The notes under the pieces were generated by a model. That model made no database searches, had not been told where the DNA came from, and saw only the letters and a list, made by a program, of their open reading frames with translations. From positions 124,001-188,000 of the forward strand of contig NC_135663.1 of assembly GCF_964188315.1 (NCBI RefSeq): a stretch of 64,000 nucleotides of DNA, written 5' to 3'. Positions within the stretch are counted from its first letter, which is position 1. Each line of letters begins with the position of its first letter. Shown in pieces: positions 1 to 11,997 of this stretch. This stretch comes from Podarcis muralis (lineage: Eukaryota). The translations under genes and the position numbers were made by a program.

Positions 1-2909
1 AAATACTTCAAAAAGTTGTATACACAAGGGCCTGAGGAAGTGTCTGAGATGGAATGATTTTTGAAACTCAATGGCTTACCAGAACTGTCTCAGGAGAAGA
101 GATCAATCTTGGATTGCAAAATAACACAACAGGAAATGGAGGATGCCATTCAGAATATGCAGTTGGGCAAATCTCCAGGCCCAGATGGGCTTACCTCCAA
201 ATACTATAAGACATTAAAAGACTATTTGATTCTACCACTAATGGAGGTTTGCAATCAGATTATGGGGGGAGGAAGGGCACCGGAAACGTGGAAAGAAGCT
301 TTCATCACATTGATACCCAAAGTGGAAACTGAAAAGACTCAACTTAGGAATTACCGTCCCATCTCACTCCTAAATGTGGATTATAAAATATTTGCAGACA
401 TTTTGGCAAGTAGACTGAAAAAGGTGTTAAATGAAGTAATTCATAAGGACCAAGCAGGCTTTCTTCCTGGCAGGCATTTGTTTGACAATACTCGGAATAT
501 TATCGATATTCTGGAACTTTTACAAACAAATATTAACACTAAAGCAGTGTTAATCTTTATTGATGCCGAGAAGGCCTTTGACAATATTTCTTGGAAATTT
601 ATGAAGAAAAACTTGGAAGGGATGGGAGTGGGACGAGGGTTTGAAAATGGTATAGAAGCAATTTATTCAGAACAAAAAGCTAAGTTGATAGTGAACAATG
701 TGGTGACAGAGGAGTTTTATATTGAAAAAGGAACACGCCAGGGGTGCCCCTTATCCCCCCTATTATTTATATCAGTCCTGGAGGTTTTGCTGAACATGAT
801 CAGGAGGGACCGGCAAATACAGGGGATTACGGTCGGAGTGAAACAATATAAACTGAAAGCATTTGCAGATGACTTAGTAATAACATTACAGGAGCCAGAA
901 TCTAGTACAAAAAGAGTTCTGGAACTGATACAAGAATTTGGTCGGGTGGCAGGATTTAAGTTGAACAAACAAAAAACCAAAGTTTTGGGGAAAAACTTGA
1001 CGCCTTTAGAAATAGAGGGGTTTCAGAAGGAAACAGAGTTAACTGTGGTTAAGAAAGTGAAATACCTGGGGGTAAACTTGACGCCTAGAAATTTGAATTT
1101 GTTTAAGGACAATTATGAGAAATGCTGGTCAGAAGTTAAGAAAGATTTGGAAACTTGGTCGAGACTGAAGCTTTCCTTGCTGGGCCGAATTGCTGCTGTC
1201 AAGATGAATGTTTTGCCAAAAATGTTGTTTTTATTTCAAACCTTGCAGGTCGTGGACAGAGTGGAATGTTTTGGAAAGTGGCAGAGGGATATCTCAAAGT
1301 TTGTCTGGCAGGGCAAAAAGCCCCGAATAAAGTTCAAAATACTAACTGATGCAAAAGAAAGAGGGGGGTTTGCCCTGCCAGACTTAAGGTTATACTATGA
1401 GGCGGCAGCCTTCTGCTGGTTGAAAGATTGGATTCTATTAGAGAATACAGATGTCCTAGACCTGGAAGGTTTTAACAACTCGTTAGGATGGCATGCTTAT
1501 CTGTGGTACGGCAAGGCAAAAACACATGGAATGTTCAAAAACCATATTGTCAGGAAAGCAATTTTTATGGTCTGGCAGAAATACAAAGACTTACTTGAAA
1601 GTAAGACTCCGAGGTGGTTATCACCAGTGGAGGCTAAGGCGTGGAAAAAACCCAATATGGAGACCGGCTGGCCGAAATATTGGGAACTAATAGAAAAAGT
1701 AGGTGACAATTGGAGGTTGCGGAGCTTTGAAAATTTAAAAGATAAGGTGCGAGATTGGTTTCACTATGCCCAAATTAATGAGGTGGTTAAGTTGGACAAA
1801 AAAACAGGATTCCAGGTGGAAAAATCGAAACTTGAGACAGAATTGTTAGAACCAAAGACCAAGGTTTTATCGAGAATGTATAACTTGCTGCTTAAGTGGA
1901 ACACCCAGGATGAGACAGTTAAATCAGCCATGATAAAGTGGGCTCAGGACATTGGTTACAATATCATGTTTGAAGACTGGGAAAGGTTATGGACCACCGG
2001 TATGAAATTTACGGCATGTAATGCCTTGAAAGAAAACATTATGAAAATGGTATACAGGTGGTACATGACCCCAGTCAAGCTTGCTAAGATATACCATTTG
2101 TCTGATAACAAATGTTGGAAGTGCAAAGAGGCTGAAGGAACATTCTTTCACCTTTGGTGGACTTGCCCAAGAGTGAAGGCCTTCTGGGAAATGATCTACA
2201 ACGAGTTAAAAAAGGTGTTTAAGTACACCTTCCCTAAAAAACCGGAGGCCTTCCTCTTGGGTATTGTCGGCCAAAAGGTTTTAAAGAAGGATAGAACGTT
2301 TTTTATGTATGCTACCACTGCAGCAAGAATTTTGATCGCCAAACACTGGAAGACTCAAGATTTACCCACGCTGGAAGAGTGGCAAATGCAACTGATTGAC
2401 TATATGGAATTGGCCGAAATGACTGCCAGAATCCGAGACCTGGGAGAAGAAGCAATGGAGGAGGACTGGAAAAAATTTAAGAATTACTTGCAAAAATTTT
2501 ATAAGTTATATGAACTATAAAATGATGCATAATTTGAAATGCTAGCCCCAGCAATGAGAATGCAACATTTACGGAATTGGATAACATTATTGAAAGAATC
2601 AATGTTTAAATGTTAAAAATGATAATATATTCTGTTTTTAGAGTAAATGGATAACAAGGGATTTAAACTTAAACTGCAATTGAAAGTATAAAAGAAACAC
2701 ACGAAACAAGGTTATAATTTGCTGATAAATTTATTGTTAAGAATGCATTGTGCGGGAGATGCGGGGAAGCTCGATAGAAATAAGTTGTTGAAAGGTTATG
2801 ATTCTTTGTATTTGCTTTTTGTTTTTTTTTTCTTTTGTTTTTTTCTGCCTATGTCTGAAAAAATGCAATAAAAATTATTTTAAAAAAAAAAAAAATAAAA
2901 TAAAATAAA
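1..2909 (+). mobile_element. L1-clade LINE, 3' part (ORF2 reverse transcriptase and C-terminal Cys/His knuckle, 3' UTR, poly(A) tail); 5' end lies outside the window
   Basis: ORF 61-2520 has RT motifs (KSPGPDG, YRPISLLNVDYK, GTRQGCPLSP, FADD) and CWKC...HLWWTC. The same frame is open from base 1 except TGA at 55-57. AATAAA at 2867-2872, A-run 2882-2895, then (TAAAA)n. Confidence 0.95.
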
Positions 2910-5688
2910 GACAATGAAAGGATGCCACTAATTGAAGCCCACCCCGACCAGGCGGGGAGGAGAAATTGACAGAAGAGGCTTGCCAGAGATCTGCGCTGGG
3001 ACCTCCCAGGCTGCTCAGTTTTAGCAGAGAGCAGCTGGAGAGGAACCAGTTGAATCTGGCTGGATTAGGAGGAACTTAGGTAATTGCGCTTGAGTGTCAC
3101 CTAAAAGGGTGACACTCAGGGCAGAGACGGGTTTCCCGGGGCATCCAGGGCTGCTCTTTGCTGAGACTTGGAGAGTCGCGAGATCCAGTCGCAGATCTTG
3201 GTGCTCAGTGAATAATTCATGCCTCATCCCAAGCTCTGCTGAGGAGGAAGCACTTAGAGGCGGAGGAAGCCGCTCGGCCCAAAGGGGGAAACCTCTAATT
3301 AAAGGCGCGAGAGCCCAGGAAAGCCTCTGCGGCACTTGGCCTGCCCCCTCTGGGCTGGCTGGCGCTGGCGCTGAATTTTAAGTGGGGGGAAATCACCACA
3401 AATCAGATCTTGGGGGGAAAGGCAGGAAACTCTGGCGCACAGCTGTGGGTTGGCACCAGCAGCGCCTGAAAGGGAGCCGGCAGGAGCCTCGGGAGGGCAA
3501 GAGCCAGGGCAGCTCTTTCTGCAACCATCACACTGCCGGTTGCAAAGAGATCGCGAGAGGGCCGTGGGCCAGACAGGCCCCAGCAGAGGCGACTTGACTT
3601 GATGTGGAGAGACAAACGTACTCCCCACCCCAAGTCACCCTTTGGCCAGGCCGGATGACAGAAGCCCTTCTCTGGGGAAAGCCAAAGAAACCGCAGGGGA
3701 CTTTTTGCTTTCAGTCTCAGATGCAGAAGGGAAAGCAGCGAAAGGGGCCCAGCCTTGGTGTGTGGCTGGGCTGTGCTTTGGGTCTGCTTCCTCCCCTCCC
3801 GTTCGGAGGTCTCTTGCTAGCTGCAGGGAGCCTTGATCCACCTGGGTCTCTTGAGGAGCTGGAGTGTGGCTCCCTGACAGGACTGGGGCAGAGCTCTGCT
3901 GGATCAGAACCAAGGCCCGGCCAGTCTGCCCAGCCCCCCACCCTGGCCCCCCAGATGCCCCTGGGAAGCCCCACAAAGTTCAGAGTGCCCCTGGTGCTGG
4001 AGGCACCAAGTAGCAGATTCCAGGCTAGGGCTCCTAGGAAGGGAAGCGAAAAGAGACAGGAACGCCTTGCTGCAGCCGCCAGGATTTTTAGCAATGGCCT
4101 TCTGCTGCCCCCTGGTGGGCACGGCCACCCTGCCTCTGCCCTCGCTTGGGCTGCCGGCTCTTCCCTTTGCAAGGTGGCTGCCCCCTGGCTGGGCACTGGA
4201 GGGCTGCGTGCTCCCTGCCTCCTCAGTGGGGCTGCTGGGGAGGGACAGATGGTGGCATCTGTCGTTCTTAATCCGGAGCCGCCTCCTTCTCAGGCGCAGA
4301 TTTTGGCCCCCACCCCCTGCTGGCCTGATCCCCCTGCTCAGCCCGGATTAAGCCAGCCACCCTCCTTGAGCTGTGACTGGTCCTCTCTCTGTTGCTAACC
4401 AGGCAGGCAGGATTCCCACTTCTCCTTTCTCACAGCCACCACTTAGGGCTCTGCTTCCAGAGAGGGACAGGCTTCCTGCAGGGAGAGACCCCAACCCCTG
4501 CTGGGTGCCTGCTTCTGAGCAGCAGTGGCCGGAACCGTGGCCCTCATCGTCTTGTATTCCTGCAGCAGCAGCTGGTGGGCCTCCTGCCCCCAGTGCCCAG
4601 GGGGTCTCTGCACTGGGGGACGAGGTGGGACAAGGTCACCCTGGTCCCAGAGATCACCATCACCCCTGCAAGGAGCTTCCCCAGCAGAGATGCGAGTCCC
4701 AGGCAGGGTCTCTGCTGGACTTGAAATTGTCTTTAGATACACAGTGGTCTTATGTGTTCTTCTTGTCATGTGAAACCACTTCAAGGTGCTTCCTAAATGT
4801 TTTGCATCTGTGCTTGGCCTACTCTGGGCCGTTCCTCCTGTCCCCCTCAGAAAAGATAGAGTAGAGCTGCAATAAGAGACAACATTTGGCCCGGAAAAGG
4901 GCAGCCAACGTGATCCATGGGCTGGAGTGACCCTCCTCTGAGGAGAGGGCTGGCCAGGGCTCTGCTCTGCCTTTACCCTCGGAGACAGCCAGGCCTGTGA
5001 ATGCCGGAAAGCCCAGGAGGGCAGAGTCCTGCTCTTGCGCCCAGGTCCCTTGGGGCATCCCCTTGGCCCCTGCGAGAACAGGATGCTGGACTAGATGGGC
5101 CACTGGCCTGATCCAGCGGGCTCTTCTCATGTTCGTAGGAGGAGGCGTTACAATATTCGGGGCTTTTTGTTCAGAAAAATAGTAAGGCTTTGGGGGAGGA
5201 GGGGGACATGATAGCTTATAGGAGGGTGCCTGGTGCGGAGAAAGTGGAGCGAGAGTGTTTCACAAGGCTGGAACCAGAGGCCTCCAAGGAAGCTGGAGGC
5301 AGGGAGGCTCAGGACACGCAGCACAGATTTGGCCCCCAGAAGAGGCAGAGACGGCAGCCACCAAGTGGGATGACTTGGAACTCAGGCAGCTCATGGCCCT
5401 GGAGGATGGGACTCGGTTGGGTGGCACAGGATGGGCTGGCCAGGCTGGCAGCCCCTTTCCTCCTGAGGCCTGGGAGTGGGGCACTCAAAGGACACGCTGA
5501 CCCTCCAGGAGCCCCCGACTTTGCTTATGCAGCTGTGGGCATCGGGGGGGGGGGCGCTGCTCTAAGGGAGCTGTCTCTTTGTTCTGGGGGGTGGCAGGAA
5601 CTTGTTGGGATGCCCAGGCTGAGCCATTGTCGGGGGGGGGGGGTGTACCCAGGCATGTGCAGATGGGGCTCCTTTCCTCTCCCTGCAG

Positions 5689-8600
5689 AGAGCGCTGTGA
5701 CCCTGGGCGCAGTCCTTGACCTCCAGACTGTGGAGAATGATGTGGTGGCCCTGGAGACCTTCTTCAAGGGCTGGTTCCACGACCACAGCCCAGACCAGGA
5801 GCACCTCCACCTCCTCCTGCCCGCTGGAGCGCTCTGCCCCCCTGCTGCAGCCCAGAGCTGCCCAGGTAAGTGTGAGCCAGTGGGATTCCTGTGTTGCTGC
5901 TTCACCCAGACCGAAAGCTTCCTCTTCAGGGAGTCTCTCTAACTCTACGATTCCCTGCTTCTGAGAGCCTGCTGACACCACACCCAGCACTACCCTTTGG
6001 GACCCCTTGCTGTTGTGGGAGAGAGACGGGTGCCCTCCTCTCTTGCCTCCGCTGCTAAACATCTCTCTCCCATTCAGTGTTTGTCCAGTATTCTAAACTC
6101 CCTTTACATTTACAAATGTTTTGGTTTTTTAAATTGTTTCCCTGTGTGCAGTTGTTCTTGCTATTTCCGTATTTGTTTCATATAAATTATTGCATAGTAA
6201 ATTGCTTCGGCATCCCTCATGGGAAGCCACTCATAAGTGAAATTCTTATTTACACAAATAAATACACACACGTACTATAATGACTGATACAATGAAATGT
6301 TACAAGGAAGCTGACGTAAAAAAAGAATCAAAATTTAAATAAACCCAATGGTTTTGAAAAAATAAAACCAAATCTTTGACTACATATCAAATTTACATAC
6401 ATGGGTAAGCTTACTGAAGCAAATGATAATAATAATTAGGTCTCCAAAGTGCTGCAGCAAAAGTGCTAGCATCGTTCCCATCGGCACTGAGTTCCAGAGT
6501 GTTGGTGCTGTAGTCTGTGAGGGGAGAGTCCTTGGGGGCATTAAATGCCAAGAGTGGTGCCTTGAATTTGGACGGGGCCTGGCGGTGGCTGTGCCCGAGG
6601 ACCCAGGCTGAGCTGCCCCCTGCCCCGTCCCCCGCCTGAAGCTGCACCAGGCCAGGGCAGCCTCTCCAAGGGGTTCCCATGGGGTAGCGGGCTCTTCTGC
6701 CCTGGACATCGGCCCAAAGACACAAACCTGACCTCTCCAGTCCTTGGCACAGCCCTCGCCCTCTGCCCGCTCTGGCTGGCAGTGGCTCTGGGTCCTTGGC
6801 AGCTGGAGGGGTCCCCGGCTGCCATGGCTTGGCAGAAGCATTCCCTGCGCCCCCTTAGCCCTGCTGCCTTCTGCCCTTGCAGTGTGCGTGAAATGCGATG
6901 CCCAGGAGAGGCTCCTCAACCCCGCTCTGCTTACTTCCGCCTGCGGAGAGGGCCCCACCGCACAACGGGAGGATGCCAGTGGCCCCTTCTGGATGGCAGC
7001 TGGCCCAGGCCTGGTGCCACGCAAGCTCCGCATCCTCAGGTACCTGCCCAGGAGCCATCTGAGCGGGGCGGGGGGCAGACACACTGGGAGCGCCCCCAAG
7101 GGCCCCTTTGAGAAGAGGGCCAGCCTGCCTTGCCCCTCAGCCCTTCCCCAGGTCCCAGATTCCAATGGAAAAATTGTGTTGTGGCCACGTCAGCTGCCTT
7201 GGGAGCCCTGTCCCATGTTCAAGAGGTGTAACTGCAGTGAGAAGCACTCTGTCCATGCTTAGAGGCACTCTTAACCCAAAAAGGGGTTCTTGTTAAAACT
7301 CAGGAAATCTGGCTCTGGCCACTCACTCTCTGGGCTACAGGACCTTTTGGCCAAAGGGCCCCTCAGGTGGGAGGGGGGGCTGGGCAGCTGCTGTGCTGGA
7401 GCCAGTGTGCTTCTCTGCCGCTGTCCTCCCCCCCCCCCCCCGCGCTTCCTGTTCTGGGCCGGCTGCTCCCTTCCCCTGAACCTGCTCTGGCTTGCCTGGC
7501 TCAGGGGCCCTTGAGGAGGGTGGGGAGGACAAGCAGCAGCCCCCACTGGCTTCCACAATTGCAGACAGCCTGGGGGGAGGATCCTCCTCCCTTGGGAGAG
7601 CCTGAGGCAGAAGACGCAACACAAAGCCTGAAAAATAGCAACAAACAAATGGCTGCTTGGAGGAAGCCCAGCAAGGCTGTTCCTGACGGAATGGAGGAGA
7701 CCCCAACTCACCCCCCACCCCCCCACTTCCGGTTTTGCCTTTTGAAATTGTTACAGGAAAAATCCGAGGGCTCCCTTGGACAAAACAAAGACACCAACCA
7801 GGATAACTTGGAGCAAAACAGCAGCCTGTAGGCTTGGCCTTTATTGAACTGATGCATCAGGGTGTTCCCCTCACTTGCAGGAGAGAGGAAAGACCCCGAA
7901 AAAATAGTGTGCAAGGTCTTAAAAAAACTTTTGAAATTCCCCTCCTCTAGGTCAAGCCCACCCCCCAGAAACATCATGCATATATTACAGAAAGGAGGGG
8001 TTGAGGGAGGAGTTGGTGGTAACCTGAGTATCTTGTCACCTGGCTGGTTCCTCCTCTCCCCCCTCCCCATGAGTCACTTCCAGGAGACAAAGGGGAGTTT
8101 GCAGTTTCCTGCCCCCTGAGGGAAGATCTGATCATTGTCCTTTGTTTAATCCACTCCCATATGCAAGTTCTTTGTGGTCTTGATTGTCTTCTGTCTGGGA
8201 TCATCTGGGCAGGGCTCCTGCAGATGTGCTGAGACAGTGAAGGGATTTTGGCTGACCAGGGTCAAACCCCCCCTCCCCTTTTGTTAGTTCTTGTCATATG
8301 GAGTAAAATAAAAATGGAACAATGCAAATCCAATGTATGGTTGATTTTCTATGAATTTATAACAGAAATGTGGCGTATGTAGTGTGTGAGTGTGTGTGTG
8401 TGTGAAGTTTGTACAAGCAGAATGATTGGGGTGGGGGGGTTCCTGCTACAAAATGCAGCAGAGCGAGGAGTTCAGCAGCCTCTTCCCTGCTCCCCACTTC
8501 CCATCTGCATGGGGGGAGGGGGCCAAGTGCCCCCACCAGTGTGGACAAACTGTGTCATGAGGTGCAGCCACAGATCGCGAGGCTCTGGCAGGCCAGGAAG

Positions 8601-11062
8601 CCCCCCCCCCCCCGCTCCCCTTGCCATGATGCAGGAGCACCTTAAGAGCTCTCCCTCTCCACTCCCCCCCCCCCCGGGCATGGGCAGTTGGACAAAGGGG
8701 GCAGAGGAGTGGGTGTCCTAGACCTAGAAGACCTTGGAGCCACACTGGGCAAGTCACAGGCCTATCAAGTGGCCTGGTTTTTTTGTCTGCTGATGCAACC
8801 CCAGTTGGTGGCAAGATGTGCATTGCGGGGTGGGAGGGAGTGCACTGCTTGCAAAAGTGCCATGGCAGGGCAGAGGCTGGTTGGCGCTCTGCTTGGGGAC
8901 AGCCACCCCCCCCCCACTCCACCCCCAGCAGCTCAGCACAGAGCCCCCCCCAAGGGAGCTGCCAGGCAGGCAAGCAGCTGACAGGCACACAAACAGCAAC
9001 ACCAGCTTCCCCTTCTTGGCTGTTCTGGCAGTTGCTGACAGCCAGGCTGCTGCAGGTTCCCCTTTGGCGCAGGACATCCTGCCAGGAAATGCAGACTGCT
9101 TTGCAGAAATGGTCCCTCTGAGAACCCCTCTCCCTCCCAACCGAAGAGAGCCTGCATGGTCCAGCCAGTGGCTGCTCCAGCCCAGAATCCTGATGCCCCA
9201 AAGGGCTCCAAGGGCAGCTCCCCTCCTGGGGCCCCGGAGGCAGACCAGAGCCCTTGGGCCCAGGACTAGGCTCATCCTCTTGGTTAGCCTTCCAAGCTGG
9301 TGGCCATCCCTGCCTCCTGAGGGAGGGAGTTCCACTGGTGAACTCTGCTCTGCATGAAGAAATTCCTTTTATCTGTCCAGAGTCTTCCAACGTTCAGCTT
9401 TCTGCCATGTCCACCAGCTCCATGGTTTTCAGAGAGGAAATCTTTCCTCCATCCACTCTCTCCATGCCAAGCATTGCTTTATAAACTCTGATGCTGTCTA
9501 AAACTGGCCTTTTCTGCAAACTAAAAAGCTGCAGATGCGGCAACCTTCTTCCACTGGGGAGTCACTTGCCCCTAGATCATTCCCAGTCCTGGGGGGCCCT
9601 GGGTGCTGCCTGGGAGCTGGAGGCAGGCTCTGCCCCCCCGACCAAGGCCCTGCTCCCCGTCTCTTGCAGGGCCCTGGAGGCCAAAGGCCTGTGCACCTCG
9701 CTGCTCTATGGGCTGCCTCTGGTCATCCGGCCCACAAGCTGCTGGCGGATGAACTGGGATGAACTGGAGGCCAACCAGCAACTCTTCCGGGCCCTCTGCC
9801 ACTGTCTGTGGGTGAGTTGGGGTGGAGGGTGCAGAGTCGCAAGGCACTGAGTTATGGGGGGGGGGGAGGTTCCACGCCTGCAGGGCTAAGCCATAGTGAC
9901 CCCCGCCATGTGACGGTGCCTGCCTTCAGGAGAGGGCACCCCCCTTCTCCCTGGTACAGGGTCTCTGGGAAAGAGGAAGGAGAACCACACATTCCCCCCC
10001 CCCCGGGAGGGGGTGCCTGAGACTCTAATTTCCTCTTTCAGAAGCGAAACTGGCTGCTGCTGGCCAAATATGAGACCCCACCAGTGGCCCCCGGTCCCGG
10101 CTGGGGTCCCCACTGTCCGAGCCCCCTCCAGGTCCTCCTGCCCTCCGAAGGGGCCGCCTCGCTGCTGCTCTGCTCCCTGGTGGGCCGGGAGCTCCTCCTG
10201 CCCTGCAGCTTCCCTCTTCTGCCAGCAGAGCCTCCCCAGGCCACTCTCAGCCAAATGGAGGCAAGTAGCGGGGGGGGGGGGGGGGAGAGCCAGGCAGCAC
10301 ACCCCACCAGCAACCCAGTACGCCGGCACTGGACCACCAGAGAGAAAACACGAGGAAGGGGGGTGGTCCCGGGAGAGGGTCCCAGGGCTGCACCCTCGTG
10401 GTCCCACCCTCAGGCTCTGCCTGCTTTCAACCCTCCTGCCCTGGGGGGTGCGGAGATACAGGGCTTGCACCTCATCCTTGCTGGGAGGGGGCTTTGGGGG
10501 GTGGGTGGCAGGAGGGACCAGCGGCTAGGAATGCTCCCTCTGATTCCATGATGAAACCACCTTCACCCACTGGCTCCTTCCCTGCAGAACGTCCTGGACG
10601 GCCTGGACCTGGAGCCGGCCTACAGTCCCCTGAGTGGGGGGGCCCCCCTGTACCAAGCCCTGAGGAGCAGCCTGGGGCGCCCACCCCCCTCCCGGCCCGA
10701 GCGCAAGGCAGATCGGCACCTGCCCCGTCAGGTAGGTATGGCAGGCACCCGCACCCCATGGACAGGGCTGCAAAGAGCCACCCAGTGGCTGTTGGGGGGT
10801 GGAGGTCCACCCCACTTGTGCCAGACCGCTTGAGATGCAAAGGGAACCGGTGCCCCCCGGGAGTGGAAAGGGGGACCAGCCCTCGCCTGGGGGTCACACT
10901 GCCTCTTCCACCTCCTCCTTCTGCCCACAGCAGGGCAGCCGCCCCCACCTGGGCAAGGCCAGGGCCATGGTGGCCCCCCTGCGCATGGCACCCGCTGCCC
11001 CCCGCCCACCCGCCTTCTCCCTGTTCTCCGGAGACGAAGAAGAGTTCCTGGACACCATGTGA
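5689..11062 (+). CDS. M1AP: Meiosis 1 associated protein, 3' six coding exons (5' exons upstream of the window)
   Basis: Exons 5689-5865, 6883-7039, 9670-9811, 10042-10260, 10588-10731, 10931-11062 are phase-consistent. Peptides DLQTVENDVVALETFFKGW, CVKCDAQERLL, YGLPLVIRPTSCWRMNWDELEANQQ, KRNWLLLAKYE, VLDGLDLEPAYSPL and ARAMVAPL match recalled human M1AP. Tail-to-tail with DOK1 as in human. Confidence 0.92.
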
Positions 11063-11309
11063 CACCGCAGGGGCCACTCCCTTCGCCCCATGGAGGCCCC
11101 GCTGAGCCAGAGCTCCCACAGAAAGAGGAGCCCAGCCCAGACAAGCACCCCACGACAAGCACCCTGTTGAGCACCTGGGGGGGTGGGCTGGAGTTGTCCC
11201 CCCCCTTCGTGTGGCAAAACTGGAGCCTCTGCAGCAATTCCTGGATCTGTGTCTGCTTGGGGGGACGAGCGTGGCTGGAAGCCCCCTCCCGTTTCTGGAG
11301 ACCCCCTTC

Positions 11310-11315
11310 AATAAA
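11310..11315 (+). terminator. M1AP poly(A) signal
   Basis: AATAAA about 250 nt after the stop, followed by T/GT-rich sequence. Confidence 0.7.
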
Positions 11316-11898
11316 CTTTTGTCTTTGTTGCACCAAACCTTGAGCTGTGTCCTTCTGTCCCCCCCCCCCTCAAGAGCAGGGCACTCCCCCCCCCACACCC
11401 CCAGCTGTGGGGAAGACAGAAGAGGGAACCTGCTGGGAAGCCACAGAGGAGGAGGAAGCAGCGCAGGAGGCGGGGGCTGCAGCCGCTCTCTGGGCCTCTT
11501 CCGCCTTGGCACCCCCAGGCTGCATCTTTTGGGGGGAGGGAGTTCTGCCTGGGACTAGTGGAAGGAAGCGGGGGGTGGCTGATCACTCTCAGGCAGTTCA
11601 GGGGCTGGGAAAGGGGCGTCTCTCCCCCCACCCAGAAAAAAGACAGTCCAGTGCTCTGAAGCAGGACACCCCACATTGGAGGGGCCCTTAGGACCAGGGG
11701 GAGATGGGGGGAACCCACCCCCTGGCGGTTGGCAGGAGCAGAAGGCAGGGCTCCGCTTCCCCTCTCCTGGCCTGCTCCAAACTGCAGCCTCCCAAAGCAG
11801 CTCCAAAAACCTGCTTTGCTCAGCCCCACACCCACCCGTTGCCCCCTGGGGCACTCAGCCCCCCCCCCCATGCATTCAGCTTCATTGAAACAAAATGC

Positions 11899-11904
11899 TT
11901 TAAT
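11899..11904 (-). terminator. DOK1 poly(A) signal (ATTAAA)
   Basis: ATTAAA on the minus strand about 95 nt past the DOK1 stop, in an AT-rich patch within GC-rich DNA. Confidence 0.6.
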
Positions 11905-11997
11905 ATGAAAATAGACATCTGTATAAAAATATCGCCCAAGACGGATCCTGCAAGGACCCAAGGGGGTCCCCTGCCCCCCCGACTTCCCTGGGAGCCA

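Noticed and set aside
8446-9390. 314-aa minus-strand ORF in an M1AP intron, a possible nested gene
   Set aside because: Its start is a non-ATG codon inside a decayed CR1 3' fragment; no recognisable domain or splice context.
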